DNA from: Macrostomum lignano
Taxonomy: Eukaryota
Assembly (NCBI GenBank): GCA_002269645.1
Contig: NIVC01001157.1
Coordinates: forward strand, 124,001-188,000
Length of the DNA stretch: 64,000 bases
Reading direction: 5' to 3'
The stretch's first letter is position 1. Each line of letters begins with the position of its first letter. This document shows positions 23,572 through 36,581 of this stretch, piece after piece. Both the position numbers and the translations under genes were made by a program. The notes beneath the pieces were generated by a model. It did not search any database. It had not been told where the DNA came from and was given only the letters and a program-made list of their open reading frames with translations.

Positions 23572-24014
23572 GGAACGACAGCTGGGAAAATTGTCTTCAA
23601 CACTGAAGTCTGGGAACCCGAGGTGTAGCAGTTTCTCAACAGATTTTATCGACAAAATAAAATCAAAGTGGAATGGGATTCTCTCTGTGTGTTTTGACAG
23701 TTATGCCAAGTTGTGTGCGAGAATCTGGTCTGAAACTGTAATATCTCTGTTGTTTGTAAAGTTGAAAAAAAAATGGGTAAGACCACGGATACTATAATAA
23801 CTAGAGGAATATGCCAACTAGCAGTTAAATTTCTGAAAAAAGACTCTGTTTACTCTGTTTCAGTAGTTTGTCTGCGCCGTGTCACTTAAATTTAATTATG
23901 GAAGCTAAAACTTCTTTCCTTCCTCGAGGTCTAAGTATGAACAACAAAAATCGATGTACATAGTGAACGCAATACGGGTAAAAGTCAGTCTTATGGGGTA
24001 GGTCCCAATGTAGC

Positions 24015-24440
24015 TCATCCAATAAGAGGGCTGTAAGGAGAGGTCCAAGTCAGACGGACGAAACTCAGCCTAGGGGGCAGGGCCAAATCTAGCTCAGCCA
24101 ATGAGAGAGCAGTTAGGAGAGAGGTCCAAGTCAGACGGACGAAACTCAGCCTAGGGGGCAGGGCCCAATCTAGCTCAGCCAATGAGAGAGCAGTAAGGAG
24201 AGAGGTCCAAGTCAGACGGACGAAACTCAGCCTAGGGGGCAGGGCCCAATCTAGCTCAGCCAATGAGAGAGCAGTAAGGAGAGAGGTCCAAGTCAGACGG
24301 ACGAAACTCAGCCTAGGGGGCAGGGCCCAATCTAGCTCAGCCAATGAGAGAGCAGTAAGGAGAGAGGTCCAAGTCAGACGGACGAAACTCAGCCTAGGGG
24401 GCAGGGCCCAATCTAGCTCAGCCAATGAGAGAGCAGTAAG
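24015..24440 (+). repeat. 81-bp satellite with a CCAAT box per unit, between the convergent U2AF1 and SLC6 3' ends
   Basis: About 5 units; inverted homologue at 41376-41790. Confidence 0.93.
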
Positions 24441-25007
24441 GAAAGAGGATAAAGTTAAACAGGCTAAACTATGTTAAAAATGTTAAAAAATGTTAAAAAC
24501 GCAATTTTTACTACTGAAAGAGTAGATAAGCGCATTATTGCAAGTGACATATCTAGTTATTCTAGTATCTGCGAGTTGAGACTTAATTATGTTGAAAGTC
24601 TGAGGTTGAAACAGCTACCAGTGACTTTGTAATGCTTTGCATATTTGTTATAAATATTGTGTCAGTAGTTGACTTTCGTTAGTCAAGTAGATAATTTAAT
24701 TCACCAAGCCAAGCACGCTAATTAACTTTACTGACAATAAAAAACAATAACTATCTTATAATAATGTCCATGTTAGTATAATAATGATAATAATCACGTT
24801 TATTTCAACCATTTTTAATGTTGTTGTACAATATAATCACAATTATCAAAGCTAATAAAAGCAAAAAAGCAATTTAACAGTTTCGTGTGTAAATTATTTT
24901 TGCTGTAACTATCATCCACAAAACCCTTTATTTGTTAGTAGGTTATAGTTGACAATAAATCAATGCGTTTCTGACCCTGCCTCCAGCCGCAGGTCGATGT
25001 CAGTCAG

Positions 25008-28000
25008 CTAGGCCTTGACATCGTCAGCATTGAATGCTTCGTTCTGGATTGGAAGTTGGATAATAAACTGTGAGGGGGTAAATTTTAGAATTGGCTACTT
25101 ATTTAGTCAGTAGTATAATCAACATGACAGTCTAACCACAGCCAGCGAATAGGCAAGCAGTTCTACCACAGAACTGCACACGGCCATAGACAATAAAGCC
25201 AATCAAAGCCACTGCCACAGAACTGCACTCGGCCATAGACAATAAAGCCAATCAAAGCCACTGCCACAGAACTGCACTTGGCCATAGACAATAAAGCCGA
25301 TCAAAGCCACTGCCACAGAACTGCACTCGGCCATAGACAATAAAGCCAATCAAAGCCACTGCCACAGAACTGCACTCGGCCATAGACAATAAAGCCAATC
25401 AAAACCACTGCCACAGAACTGCACTCGGCCATAGACAATAAAGCCGATCAAAGCCACTGCCACAGAACTGCACTCGGCCATAGACAATAAAGCCAATCAA
25501 AGCCACTGCCACAGAACTGCACTCGGCCATAGACAATAAAGCCAATCAAAACCACTGCCACAGAACTGCACTCGGCCATAGACAATAAAGCCAATCAAAA
25601 CCACTGCCACAGAACTGCACTCGGCCATAGACAATAAAGCCGATCAAAGCCACTGCCACAGAACTGCACTCGGCCATAGACAATAAAGCCGATCAAAGCC
25701 ACTGCCACAGAACTGCACTCGGCCATAGACAATAAGGCCAATCAAAACCACTGCCACAGAACTGCACTCGGCCATAGACAATAAGGCCAATCAAAACCAC
25801 TGCCACAGAACTGCACTTGGGCCATAGACAATAAAGCTAATCAAAGCCACTGCCACAGAACTGCACTCGGCCATAGACAATAAAGCCAATCAAAGCCACT
25901 GCCACAGAACTGCACTCGGCCATAGACAATAAAGCCAATCAAAGCCACTGCCACAGAACTGCACTCGGCCATAGACAATAAAAGCCAATCAAAGCCACTG
26001 CCACAGAACTGCTCTCGGCCATTGACAATAAAGTGAATTAAAGCCACTGCCACAGACCAGAGACTGTCAAGCCAGGGTATTCAAGGCTCTGCTCTCTGTT
26101 TGAAAGACAATTAAGTAGAGGGCTCTGAACTTCATTGTTCATACTTATGAAATGCTGAACTCACCATAAAGTTATGAGACGTGGCTTCGTCTTCGACTTT
26201 CTCAGCTTGGTTGCTATGCTCGTTGCTGTTATCGCGACCCCACGGGTCGATCTCGAATCCCGGCACGTAGGTAACCTCACGCCGGAATCGAACCAACGCC
26301 GGTCCCAGAATCTGGTGGGCCTGATCAGCTGTCCAGGGTCCGAACGCATCTGCCAGACGGACGCAGCTGACCAGGCAAACAGGCCTGTCAGAACTCCCAG
26401 TGTGAGAGTCCAGCCGAACACCTGAGCTCCCAGCGGCAGCGGCTCGCCATCATATTTTGAAGGCTCAAATTTCACCCAGGAGAAGACTAGGGTGATCTGC
26501 GTGTGCAAAGTGCAGTTCGAGTTCAGCTTAGTCTTCGAAACTTAAGCTCTGTGAATGATGTACATGTACACTAAATTTGTAGCTTACATAAGCTGCAAAT
26601 CCTGTACCAATTCTGGCAACTCCTACTGTACCAATTCTGGTGACTCCTACTGTACCAATTCTGGTGACTCCTACTGTACCAATTCTGGTGACTCCTACTG
26701 TACCAATTCTGGTGACTCCTACTGTACCAATTCTGGTGACTCCTACTGCACCAATTCTGGTGACTCCTACTGTACCAATTCTGGTGACTCCTACTGTACC
26801 AATTCTGATGACTCCTACTGTACTAATTCGTGTGACTCCAGCTACTGTACCAATTCTGGTGACTCCTACTGTACCAATTCTGATGACTCCTACTGTACCA
26901 ATTCTGGTGACTCCTACTGTACCAATTCTGGTGACTCCTACTGTACCAATTCTGGTGACTCCTACTGTACCAATTCTGGTGACTCCTACTGTACCAATTC
27001 TGGTGACTCCTACTGTACCAATTCTTGTGACTCCTACTGTACCAATTCTGGTGACTCCTACTGTACCAATTCTTGTGACTCCTACTGTACCAATTCTTGT
27101 GACTCCTACTGTACCAATTCTTGTGACTCCTACTGTACTAATTCGTGTGACTCCAGCTACTGTACCAATTCTGGTGACTCCTACTGTACCAATTCTGATG
27201 ACTCCTACTGTACCAATTCTGGTGACTCCTACTGTACCAATTCTTGTGACTCCTACTGTACCAATTCTTGTGACTCCTACTGTACCAATTCTTGTGACTC
27301 CTACTGTACTAATTCGTGTGACTCCAGCTACTGTACCAATTCTGGTGACTCCTACTGTACCAATTCTTGTGACTCCTACTGTACCAATTCTGGTGACTCC
27401 TAACTGTACCAATTCTGGTGACTCTTACTGTACCAATTAGCTAAGCATCAGCTATCTGCAAATAAAGCAGAGGTGTCGACGGTTAGTAACGCCAAAGATG
27501 ACGCAGACCTCACCCCAACAATGACGGGGGTCAGGAAGCACCAGCAGGCCATCCACCACCAGCGAAAGTAGCGCCATGGCAGGAAGCCAGCAATACGCGG
27601 ACCAGTCAATAGCTCGACGTCCTTGACAAATCTTCGTACTCCATAGACATAGCCAATGCAGACGCACTCCAGTATGGTGATCACCATCACCTTCCAGGCT
27701 CCACTGTAGTCGTCAAAGACGGTTAGCAACTGCAGCCCACCCGGGGTGCACATTGACAAGCCTAGGAAAAATACCACGATGCAGAATGTCATGATCATCA
27801 GTGTCTTGTAGCGTCTGAGATGGGGCCACCGATCCAGGATGCTGGTCACGGCCGTCTCCACGCAGGTGAACTGCGAGTCCAAGCCCAGAGTGATCAGCAT
27901 GAGGAAGAACAAGATGGCCCAGAATGTGGAGCCTGGAAGCTTCATCAGCGCCTGGGGATAAACTATGAAGGCTAGGCCGACGCCTGCAATTGTTGGGATT

Positions 28001-31000
28001 TGGGATCTTAGATTGGCATGTAAGGAGGGGAGTGCTCGCTAAGTGCCAGTTGTGACACACCAGAATGCCAGCACCTTGTTCCATTATTATGGCTACGCCC
28101 CATCACCCTGGCTACGCCCCATCACCATGGCTACGCCCCATCACCCTGGCTACGCCCCATCACCATGGCTACGCCCCATCACCCTGGCTACGCCCCATCA
28201 CCATGGCTACGCCCCATCACCCTGGCTACGCCCCATCACCATGGCTACGCCCCATCACCCTGGCTACGCCCCATCACCCTGGCTACGCCCCATCACCCTG
28301 GCTACGCCCCATCACCCTGGCTACGCCCATCACCCTGGCTACGCCCCGTTACCCTGGCTACGCCCCGTTACCCTGGCTACGCCCCATCACCCTGGCTACG
28401 CCCCATCACCATGGCTACGCCCCATCACCCTGGCTACGCCCCATCACCCTGGATAAGCCGCATCACCCTGGCTACGCCCCATCGCCCTGGCCACGCCCTA
28501 CCACCAGACCGACCAACAGACAGACAGACAGACAGAGAGACAGACAGACAGACAGACAGGCGGCAGGCTATGGCTACAACCCATCACCATGGCTACAACC
28601 CATCACCATGGCTACAACCCATCACCATGGCTACGCCCCATCACCCTGGCTACGCCCCATCACCATGGCTACGCCCCATCACCCTGGCTACAACCCATCA
28701 CCATGGCTAAAACCCATGACCCTGGCTACGCCCTATCACCATGGCTACAACCCATCACCATGGCTACGCCCCATCACCATGACAACGCCCCATCACCCTG
28801 GCCACGCCCCATCACCATGGCTACAACCCATCACCATGGCTACAACCCATCACCATGGCTACAACCCATCACCATGGCTACAACCCATCACCATGGCTAC
28901 AACCCATCACCATGGCCCATCACCATGGCTACAACCCATCACCATGGCTACAACCCATCACCATGGCTACAACCCATCACCATGGCTACAACACATCACC
29001 ATGGCTACAACCAATCACCATGGCTACAACCCATCACCATGGCTACAACCCATCACCATGGCTACAACCCATCACCATGGCTAAAACCCATGACCCTGGC
29101 TACGCCCTATCACCATGGCTACAACCCATCACCATGGCTACGCCCCATCACCATGACAACGCCCCATCACCCTGGCCACGCCCCATCACCATGGCTACGC
29201 CCCATCACCCTGGCTACGCCCCATCACCATGGCTACGCTCCATCACCCTGGCAACGCCCCATCACCCTGGCTACGCCCCATCACACTGGCTACGCCCTAT
29301 CACCCTGGCTACGCCCCATCACCCTGGCTACGCCCCATCACACTGGCTACGCCCTATCACCCTGGCAACGCACCATCACCATGGCTACGCCCCATCAACC
29401 TGGCTACGTCCTATCACCCTGGCTACGCCCCATCACCCTGGCTACGCCCCATCACCATGGCTACGCCCCATCACCCTGGCTACGCCCCATCACCCTGGCT
29501 ACGCCCATCACCCTGGCTACGCCCCGTTACCCTGGCTACGCCCCGTTACCCTGGCTACGCCCCATCACCCTGGCTACGCCCCATCACCATGGCTACGCCC
29601 CATCACCCTGGCTACGCCCCATCACCCTGGATAAGCCGCATCACCCTGGCTACGCCCATCGCCCTGGCCACGCCCTACCACCAGACCGACCAACAGACAG
29701 ACAGACAGACAGAGAGACAGACAGACAGACAGACAGGCGGCAGGCTATGGCTACAACCCATCACCATGGCTACAACCCATCACCATGGCTACAACCCATC
29801 ACCATGGCTACGCCCCATCACCCTGGCTACGCCCCATCACCATGGCTACGCCCCATCACCCTGGCTACAACCCATCACCATGGCTAAAACCCATGACCCT
29901 GGCTACGCCCTATCACCATGGCTACAACCCATCACCATGGCTACGCCCCATCACCATGACAACGCCCCATCACCCTGGCCACGCCCCATCACCATGGCTA
30001 CAACCCATCACCATGGCTACAACCCATCACCATGGCTACAACCCATCACCATGGCTACAACCCATCACCATGGCTACAACCCATCACCATGGCTACAACC
30101 CATCACCATGGCCCATCACCATGGCTACAACCCATCACCATGGCTACAACCCATCACCATGGCTACAACCCATCACCATGGCTACAACACATCACCATGG
30201 CTACAACCAATCACCATGGCTACAACCCATCACCATGGCTACAACCCATCACCATGGCTACAACCCATCACCATGGCTAAAACCCATGACCCTGGCTACG
30301 CCCTATCACCATGGCTACAACCCATCACCATGGCTACGCCCCATCACCATGACAACGCCCCATCACCCTGGCCACGCCCCATCACCATGGCTACGCCCCA
30401 TCACCCTGGCTACGCCCCATCACCATGGCTACGCTCCATCACCCTGGCAACGCCCCATCACCCTGGCTACGCCCCATCACACTGGCTACGCCCTATCACC
30501 CTGGCTACGCCCCATCACCCTGGCTACGCCCCATCACACTGGCTACGCCCTATCACCCTGGCAACGCACCATCACCATGGCTACGCCCCATCAACCTGGC
30601 TACGTCCTATCACCCTGGCTACGCCCCATCACCCTGGCTACGCCCCATCACCATGGCTACGCCCCATCACCATGGCTACGCCCTATCACCATGGCTACGC
30701 CCCATCACCCTGGCTACGCCCAATCACCATGGCCACGCCCTATCACCAGACCGACCAACAGACAGACAGACAAACAGACAGATAGACAGACAGACAGACA
30801 GGCGGAAGGCTATGGCTACAACCCATCATTACGGCTACAACCCATCAACATGGCTACAACCAATCACCATGGCTACAACCCATCACCATGGCTACGCCCA
30901 ATCACCATGGCTACACACCAGAAGTAGAAAGGCGGATTCAATCAATAAAAAGCAAACTAATTTAAATATCACTGGCTACACAATAGATACATGTATATAG

Positions 31001-34000
31001 AACAAAGAGCTCATTAAAACGACAAAGACTGCTTCTACAACCAACCACTCTGAGCCACGTCCTTCACATTGGTGTTGAGCTCCTGGGCCAGGTAACCCAG
31101 AAAGCTGAATACAACAAATCCAGCAAACACGGAGGTGGCGCAGTTACAGATGCTGATCAGCATGCCATCCCGGATGCAGTCGGTTTTAAACCGATTATAA
31201 CTAGCCAGAGTGATGAGGCCGCCCCAGCTGCTGGACAGAGAGAAAAAGATTTGCACCGCGGCGTCTTTCCACACTCCGGATTCGGAGAGTTTGGTGACAT
31301 TGGGTGTCAGGTAGAACTCCAAGCCGTTGCCGCAGCCAGGCAGGGTGACACCTCTGATGAGCAAGATGATGAGTACAGCGTACGGGAATAGAGCGGTAAA
31401 GTACACGACCTGAGGAAATTTAGTGGGCGTGGTAGGCAGTTTTAGGTTGGCATCGAAGCTACAATTTTAGCGCGTCTAAAACATCTAGTTTGGCGCCTCT
31501 GAGACATTCAGGTTGGCGCCTCTGAGACATTCAGGTTGGCGCCTCTGAGACATTTAGTTTGGCGCCTCTGAGACATTCAGGTTGGCGCCTCTGAGACATT
31601 TAGTTTGGCGCCTCTGAGACATTCAGGTTGGCGCCTCTGAGACATTTAGTTTGGCGCCTCTGAGACATTCAGGTTGGCGCCTCTGAGACATTTAGTTTGG
31701 CGCCTCGAAGACATCTAGTATTGATGCCTCAAGGACATCTAGTATTGATGCCTCAAGGACATCTAGTATTGATGCCTCAAGGACATCTAGTATTGATGCC
31801 TCAAGAACATCTAGTATTGATGCCTCAAGGACATCTAGTATTGATGCCTCAAGGACATCTAGTATTGATGCCTCAAGGACATCTAGTATTGATGCCTCAA
31901 GGACATCTAGTATTGATGCCTCAAGGACATCTAGTATTGATGCCTCAAGGACATCTAGTATTGATGCCTCAAAGACATCTAGTATTGATGCCTCAAGGAC
32001 ATCTAGTATTGATGCCTCAAGGACATCTAGTATTGATGCCTCAAGGACATCTAGTATTGATGCCTCAAGGACATCTAGTATTGATGCCTCAAGGACATCT
32101 AGTATTGATGCCTCAAGGACATCTAGTATTGATGCCTCAAGGACATCTAGTATTGATGTCTCAAGGACATCTAGTATTGATGTCTCAAGGACATCTAGTA
32201 TTGATGCCTCAAGGACATCTAGTATTGATCTAGAGTATTGACATGGAAGACATATTGCATGATTGACAACTTTAATGCCAATTTTTGCCATTTTTGACAA
32301 ACATAAGTAAAAAAATGGAACAGTACTTAACCTTTCCGGAACTCTTAATACCCTTGGACAGTGACAGGAACACGATTATCCAGGCCAGCAACAGGCACAG
32401 GCTCATGTCCCAGCGCAGTGGGCCCGTGTGAAGGAAACTGCCCAGCTTGTCTTGCAGGGCGACGTAGCTGCATCAGAAGGCGATGAAAAATGGTTTCGAG
32501 TCGAGTATGACGTAATTAATCTGATCCCTGACCCTCGCTATCCCCCACTCTAACCTCAGTATCCCCCCCAGTCTACCCTCCACTATCCTCCACCCTACCC
32601 TCACTGTCCCCTCACTCTACACTCACTAACTCCACTCTACACTCACTAACCCCACTCTACCCTCACTATCTTCCACTCTACCCTCACTATCTTCCACTCT
32701 ACCCTCACTATCTTCCACTCTACCCTCACTAACTCCACTCTACCCTCACTATCTTCCACTCTACCCTCACTAACTCCACTCTACCCTCACTATCTTCCAC
32801 TCTACCCTCACTATCTTCCACCCTACCCTCACTGTCCCCTCACTCTACCTTCAATATAATGCGAGATCGAATCCAGCATTCTCTGCTCCCATATCCCACA
32901 GACGGCTCACTTCATATAATCGTTGCTGGACGCCCTAACAAAAATGCCATGCAGTCTGGCCAAGCTGGCATTGTAGATGCCGTACAGGTAGCTCTGGGCG
33001 GTACCGTTGGCGTCTCTTCCAGAGAACCAGCAGGTGCCGTTAGACTGAGCAGTCAGGTTGGCCCAGTTGTTGCAGTTCTCTGTCACCGGATGCAGCCTCC
33101 CGCTGCAGACTAGATTAATTTTGTAAGAATACGGATTTATTTACTCTCAGTTAGATTCCATGGATAGAGAAGCTGGAAAATCATGCATAGATGAATCATG
33201 GATAGATGAAGCTGGAAAGTCAAAGAAAAATGAAGCTAGAAATTCAAATATAGATGAAGCTGGAAAATTATGGATGGATGAAGCTGGAATCCATAGATGA
33301 AGCTGAAAACCATAGATGAAGCTGGAATCCACAGATGAAGCTGGAATCCATAGATGAAGCTGGAATCCATAGATGAAGCTAGAATCCATAGATGAAGCTG
33401 GAATCCATAGATGAAGCTGGAATTTCTTCAGAGCAATAGTTTCAATCGAAAGTCAGTGCTCACGAGGGGTGCTCCAGCTGCCGCACTCGGCCCAGGGCAG
33501 CGGATTGCTGAACGAAGCAAACAGGTACCATAGTGACCAACTGATGATGATGTTGTAGTAGATAGCCGCTAAACTCGACACCAGCACCATCCCAACTCCA
33601 ATACCTGTTTTAGAATGGATTGCGCGCTTGGATATTAAATATTAACTTTCCCGAAAATCTCTAACTCTACGGAAAATTCCATCGATAGATTTTTTAGAAA
33701 ACCCCAGATCCATAGATTCTATGGGAAATCCCAATCGATAGATTGTATGGGAAATCCCCGATCCATAAACTCTATGGGAAATCCCAATTGATAGATTGTA
33801 TAGGAAATCCCAATCGATAGATTCTATGGGAAATCCCCGATCGATAGATTCTATGTGAAATCCCCGATCGATAGATTCTATAGGAAATCTTCGATCGATA
33901 GATTCTATAGGAAATCCTCGATCGATAGATTCTATGGAAAATCAATCGATAGATTTTATGGGAAATCCCCGATTGATAGATTCTATGGGAAATCAATCGA

Positions 34001-36581
34001 TAGATTTTATGGGATATCCCCGATAGATAGATTCTATGGGAAATCAATCGATAGATTTTATGGGATATCCCCGATAGATAGATTCTATGGGAAATCAATC
34101 GATAGATTTTATGGGATATCCCCGATAGATAGATTCTATGGAAAATCAATCGATAGATTTTATGGGAAATCCCCGATTGATAGATTCTATGGGAAATCAA
34201 TCGATAGATTTTATGGGATATCCCCGATAGATAGATTCTATGGGAAATCAATCGATAGATTTTATGGGATATCCCCGATAGATAGATTCTATGGGAAATC
34301 AATCGATAGATTTTATGGGATATCCCCGAATGATAGATTCTATGGAAAATCCAGAATCTCCCAAACTAATTTCTGAGCATGACTCACCGCGAAACAGAGG
34401 TGCGCACTCCCAGCAGGTGAGAGGTCCGGAGCTGCTAAATTGCCCGATCGCCAACTCCATGCAGAAGACGGGCATGCCGCACAGGAACAGAAAGATGCAG
34501 TAGGGTATGAAGAACGCGCCTGGAAATGTTTTATACATATCGATGGATATAAACTTTTTATCATATGGATAACATGGGTAAGCTTTTCAACTCTAATAGA
34601 ATGGGTTTTTGTTCTGGTAAGAGGTCGATAAACTGGGTACCCATATGGCGCTAAAATGGGTACCCGAATGGCGCTAAAATGGGTACCCGAATGGCGCTAA
34701 AATGGGTACCCGAATGGCGCTAAAATGGGTACCCGAATGGCGCTAAAATGGGTACCCGAATGGCGCTAAAATGGGTACCCGAATGGCGCTAAAATGGGTA
34801 CCCGAATGGCGCTAAAATGGGTACCCGAATGGCGCTAAAATGGGTACCCGAATGGCGCTAAAATGGGTACCCGAATGGCGCTAAAATGGGTACCCGAATG
34901 GCGCTAAAATGGGTACCCGAATGGCGCTAAAATGGGTACCCGAATGGCGCTAAAATGGGTACCCGAATGGCGCTAAAATACCCAGATGGCGCTAAAACAG
35001 GCTACCCAAATGGCGCTGAAATAGCTACCCAAATGGCGCTAAAATGGGTACCCAGATGGCAGGCTACCCAAATGGCGCTGAAATAGCTACCCAAATGGCG
35101 CTAAAATGGGTACCCGAATGGCGCTAAACTAGCTACCCAAATGGCGCTAAAATGGGTACCCGAATGACGCTAAAATAGCTACCCAAATGGCGCTAAACTA
35201 GCTACCCAAATGGCGCTAAAATAGCTACCCAAATGGCGCTAAAATAGCTACCCAAATGGCGCTAAAAATCTATTCATATGGCGCTAAAATAGCTACCCAA
35301 ATGGCGCTAAAATTGATACCCAAATTCCTAAATGCTTCTATTTTAGATTACACTAGCGAAATAACAGGTAACTTCGAAGCCACGCATCACAAAAGGTGCG
35401 AATTTGTGTAACCGATTTTAAAAAGTCAGCTGATCCTCACCGCCGCCATTCTTGTAGCACAGGTAGGGAAACCGCCAGACATTGCCCAGGCCAACAGCAT
35501 AGCCAAGACAGCTGAGAAAGAAGTCCAGTCTCCCGCTCCAATTGCCTCTTTCCTGATTTTCGTCATCAACATGGCCGTCGTTTGCTAACTGGTTGCTGCC
35601 CAGGAGAGTGCCACGGAGCTGTGCGACATTCGATAAATGTTCTTTTTCGGTGAGATTTAAGAAAAGTGGCGATTTCTCCGGAGGATTTTTGTGGGAGCGA
35701 TTTTTTTATGGGTTTGTATTGTCGGACATTTTCTGATGCGTTTGTGAGGGGGGCGAATCTTCTGATGGGTTTGTTTGGGGGGGGGCGATTTTTTGATGGG
35801 TTTGTTAGGGGGGGGGCGATTTTTCTGACGGGTTTGTTGAGGAAGGCGATTTTTCTGATGGGTTTCTTAGGGGGGGGGGCGATTTTTCTGATGGGTTTGT
35901 TGAGGGAGGCGATTTTTCTGACGGGTTTGTTGAGGAAAGGCGATTTTTCTGATGGGTTTGTTGTGGGGGGCGATTTTTCTGATGGGTTTGTTGTGGGGGG
36001 CGATTTTTCTGATGGGTTTGTTGTGGAGGGGCGATTTTTCTGATGGGTTTGTTGTGGAGGGGCGATTTTTCTGATGGGTTTGTTGTGGAGGGGCGATTTT
36101 TCTGATGGGTTTGTTGTGGGGGGCGATTTTTCTGATGGGTTTGTTGTGGAGGGGCGATTTTTCTGATGGGTTTGTTGTGGAGGGGGGCGATTTTTCTGAT
36201 GGGTTTGTTGTGGGGGGCGATTTTTCTGATAGGTTTGTTGTGGGGGCCGATTTTTCTGATGGGTTTGTTGAGGAAGTCGATTTTTCTGATGGGTTTGTTG
36301 TGCGGGGCTATTTTTCTGATGGGTTTGTTGAGGAAGGCGATTTTTCTCGGGTTTGTTGTGGAGGGGGGCGATTTTTCTCATGGGTTTGTTGTGGAGGGGG
36401 GGAGATTTTTCTGATGGATTTGTTGTGGGGGGGGGCGATTTTTCTGATGGGTTAGCTGATAAGGCGATCATGACTATACATCTGCATTTCCACACGGACT
36501 TACCCAAGTCAAGGCTCTCCAACATCTTGACTTCACAGCGACTACATCCTGCCTGTAGCTGCTGCCCTCCTTAGCGCCCAT
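25008..36581 (-). CDS. SLC6 Na+/Cl- dependent amino-acid transporter, GlyT2 (SLC6A5)-like, about 696 aa; one -1 frameshift as assembled
   Basis: Exons 36581..36504 (first exon less certain), 35618..35441 ([10 protein letters not shown]...[22 protein letters not shown]), 34519..34388, 33604..33464, 33109..32911, 32467..32332 (KGIKSSGK), 31409..31046 (VVYFTA...[27 protein letters not shown]), 27983..27514 (GLAF.VYP...LGLDSQF), 26496..26165, 25067..25008. Sum 2090 nt, one base short of 697 codons. Confidence 0.95.
25175..26055 (+). repeat. 49-bp minisatellite in the last SLC6 intron
   Basis: Unit GCCATAGACAATAAAGCCAATCAAAGCCACTGCCACAGAACTGCACTCG. Confidence 0.95.
26602..27440 (+). repeat. 24-bp minisatellite (TACTGTACCAATTCTGGTGACTCC)
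   Basis: Direct tandem repetition inside an SLC6 intron. Confidence 0.96.
28090..30915 (+). repeat. 19-bp minisatellite (TGGCTACGCCCCATCACCM) with three embedded (GACA)n cassettes forming a ~1.1-1.2-kb higher-order repeat
   Basis: Cassette CACCAGACCGACCAACAGACAGAC...GGCTATGGCTACAAC at about 28501, 29678 and 30743. Confidence 0.95.
31480..32230 (+). repeat. Two adjacent ~24-bp minisatellites (GGCGCCTCTGAGACATT... then GCCTCAAGGACATCTAGTATTGAT)
   Basis: Direct tandem repetition. Confidence 0.94.
32540..32850 (+). repeat. 21-bp minisatellite (ACTCTACCCTCACTATCTTCC)
   Basis: Direct tandem repetition. Confidence 0.88.
33165..33420 (+). repeat. 19-bp minisatellite (TGGAATCCATAGATGAAGC)
   Basis: Direct tandem repetition. 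Confidence 0.88.
33670..34350 (+). repeat. ~26/29-bp alternating minisatellite with near-palindrome AAATCAATCGATAGATTT
   Basis: Direct tandem repetition. Confidence 0.92.
34640..35320 (+). repeat. 23-bp minisatellite (GAATGGCGCTAAAATGGGTACCC)
   Basis: Direct tandem repetition; related to the 8095-8835 array. Confidence 0.95.
35690..36450 (+). repeat. ~29-bp G-rich minisatellite (GGGCGATTTTTCTGATGGGTTTGTTGTGG)
   Basis: Direct tandem repetition in SLC6 intron 1. Confidence 0.92.

Noticed and set aside
24015-24440. GTCC...GGAC-GAAAC in the 81-bp unit looks like hammerhead ribozyme stem II plus core
   Set aside because: The required CUGANGA is absent, and the stem is broken in variant units at 41580-41760.
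28043-31000. Long His/Pro-rich ORFs (up to 518 aa), and similar repetitive ORFs at 5.8-6.7, 7.9-8.9, 10.7-11.3, 22.8-23.3, 26.5-27.4, 31.7-32.3, 33.8-34.4, 35.6-36.5, 52.3-53.5 and 60.7-63.2 kb
   Set aside because: They are translations of stop-free minisatellites, mostly in introns of identified genes, open in several frames at once.
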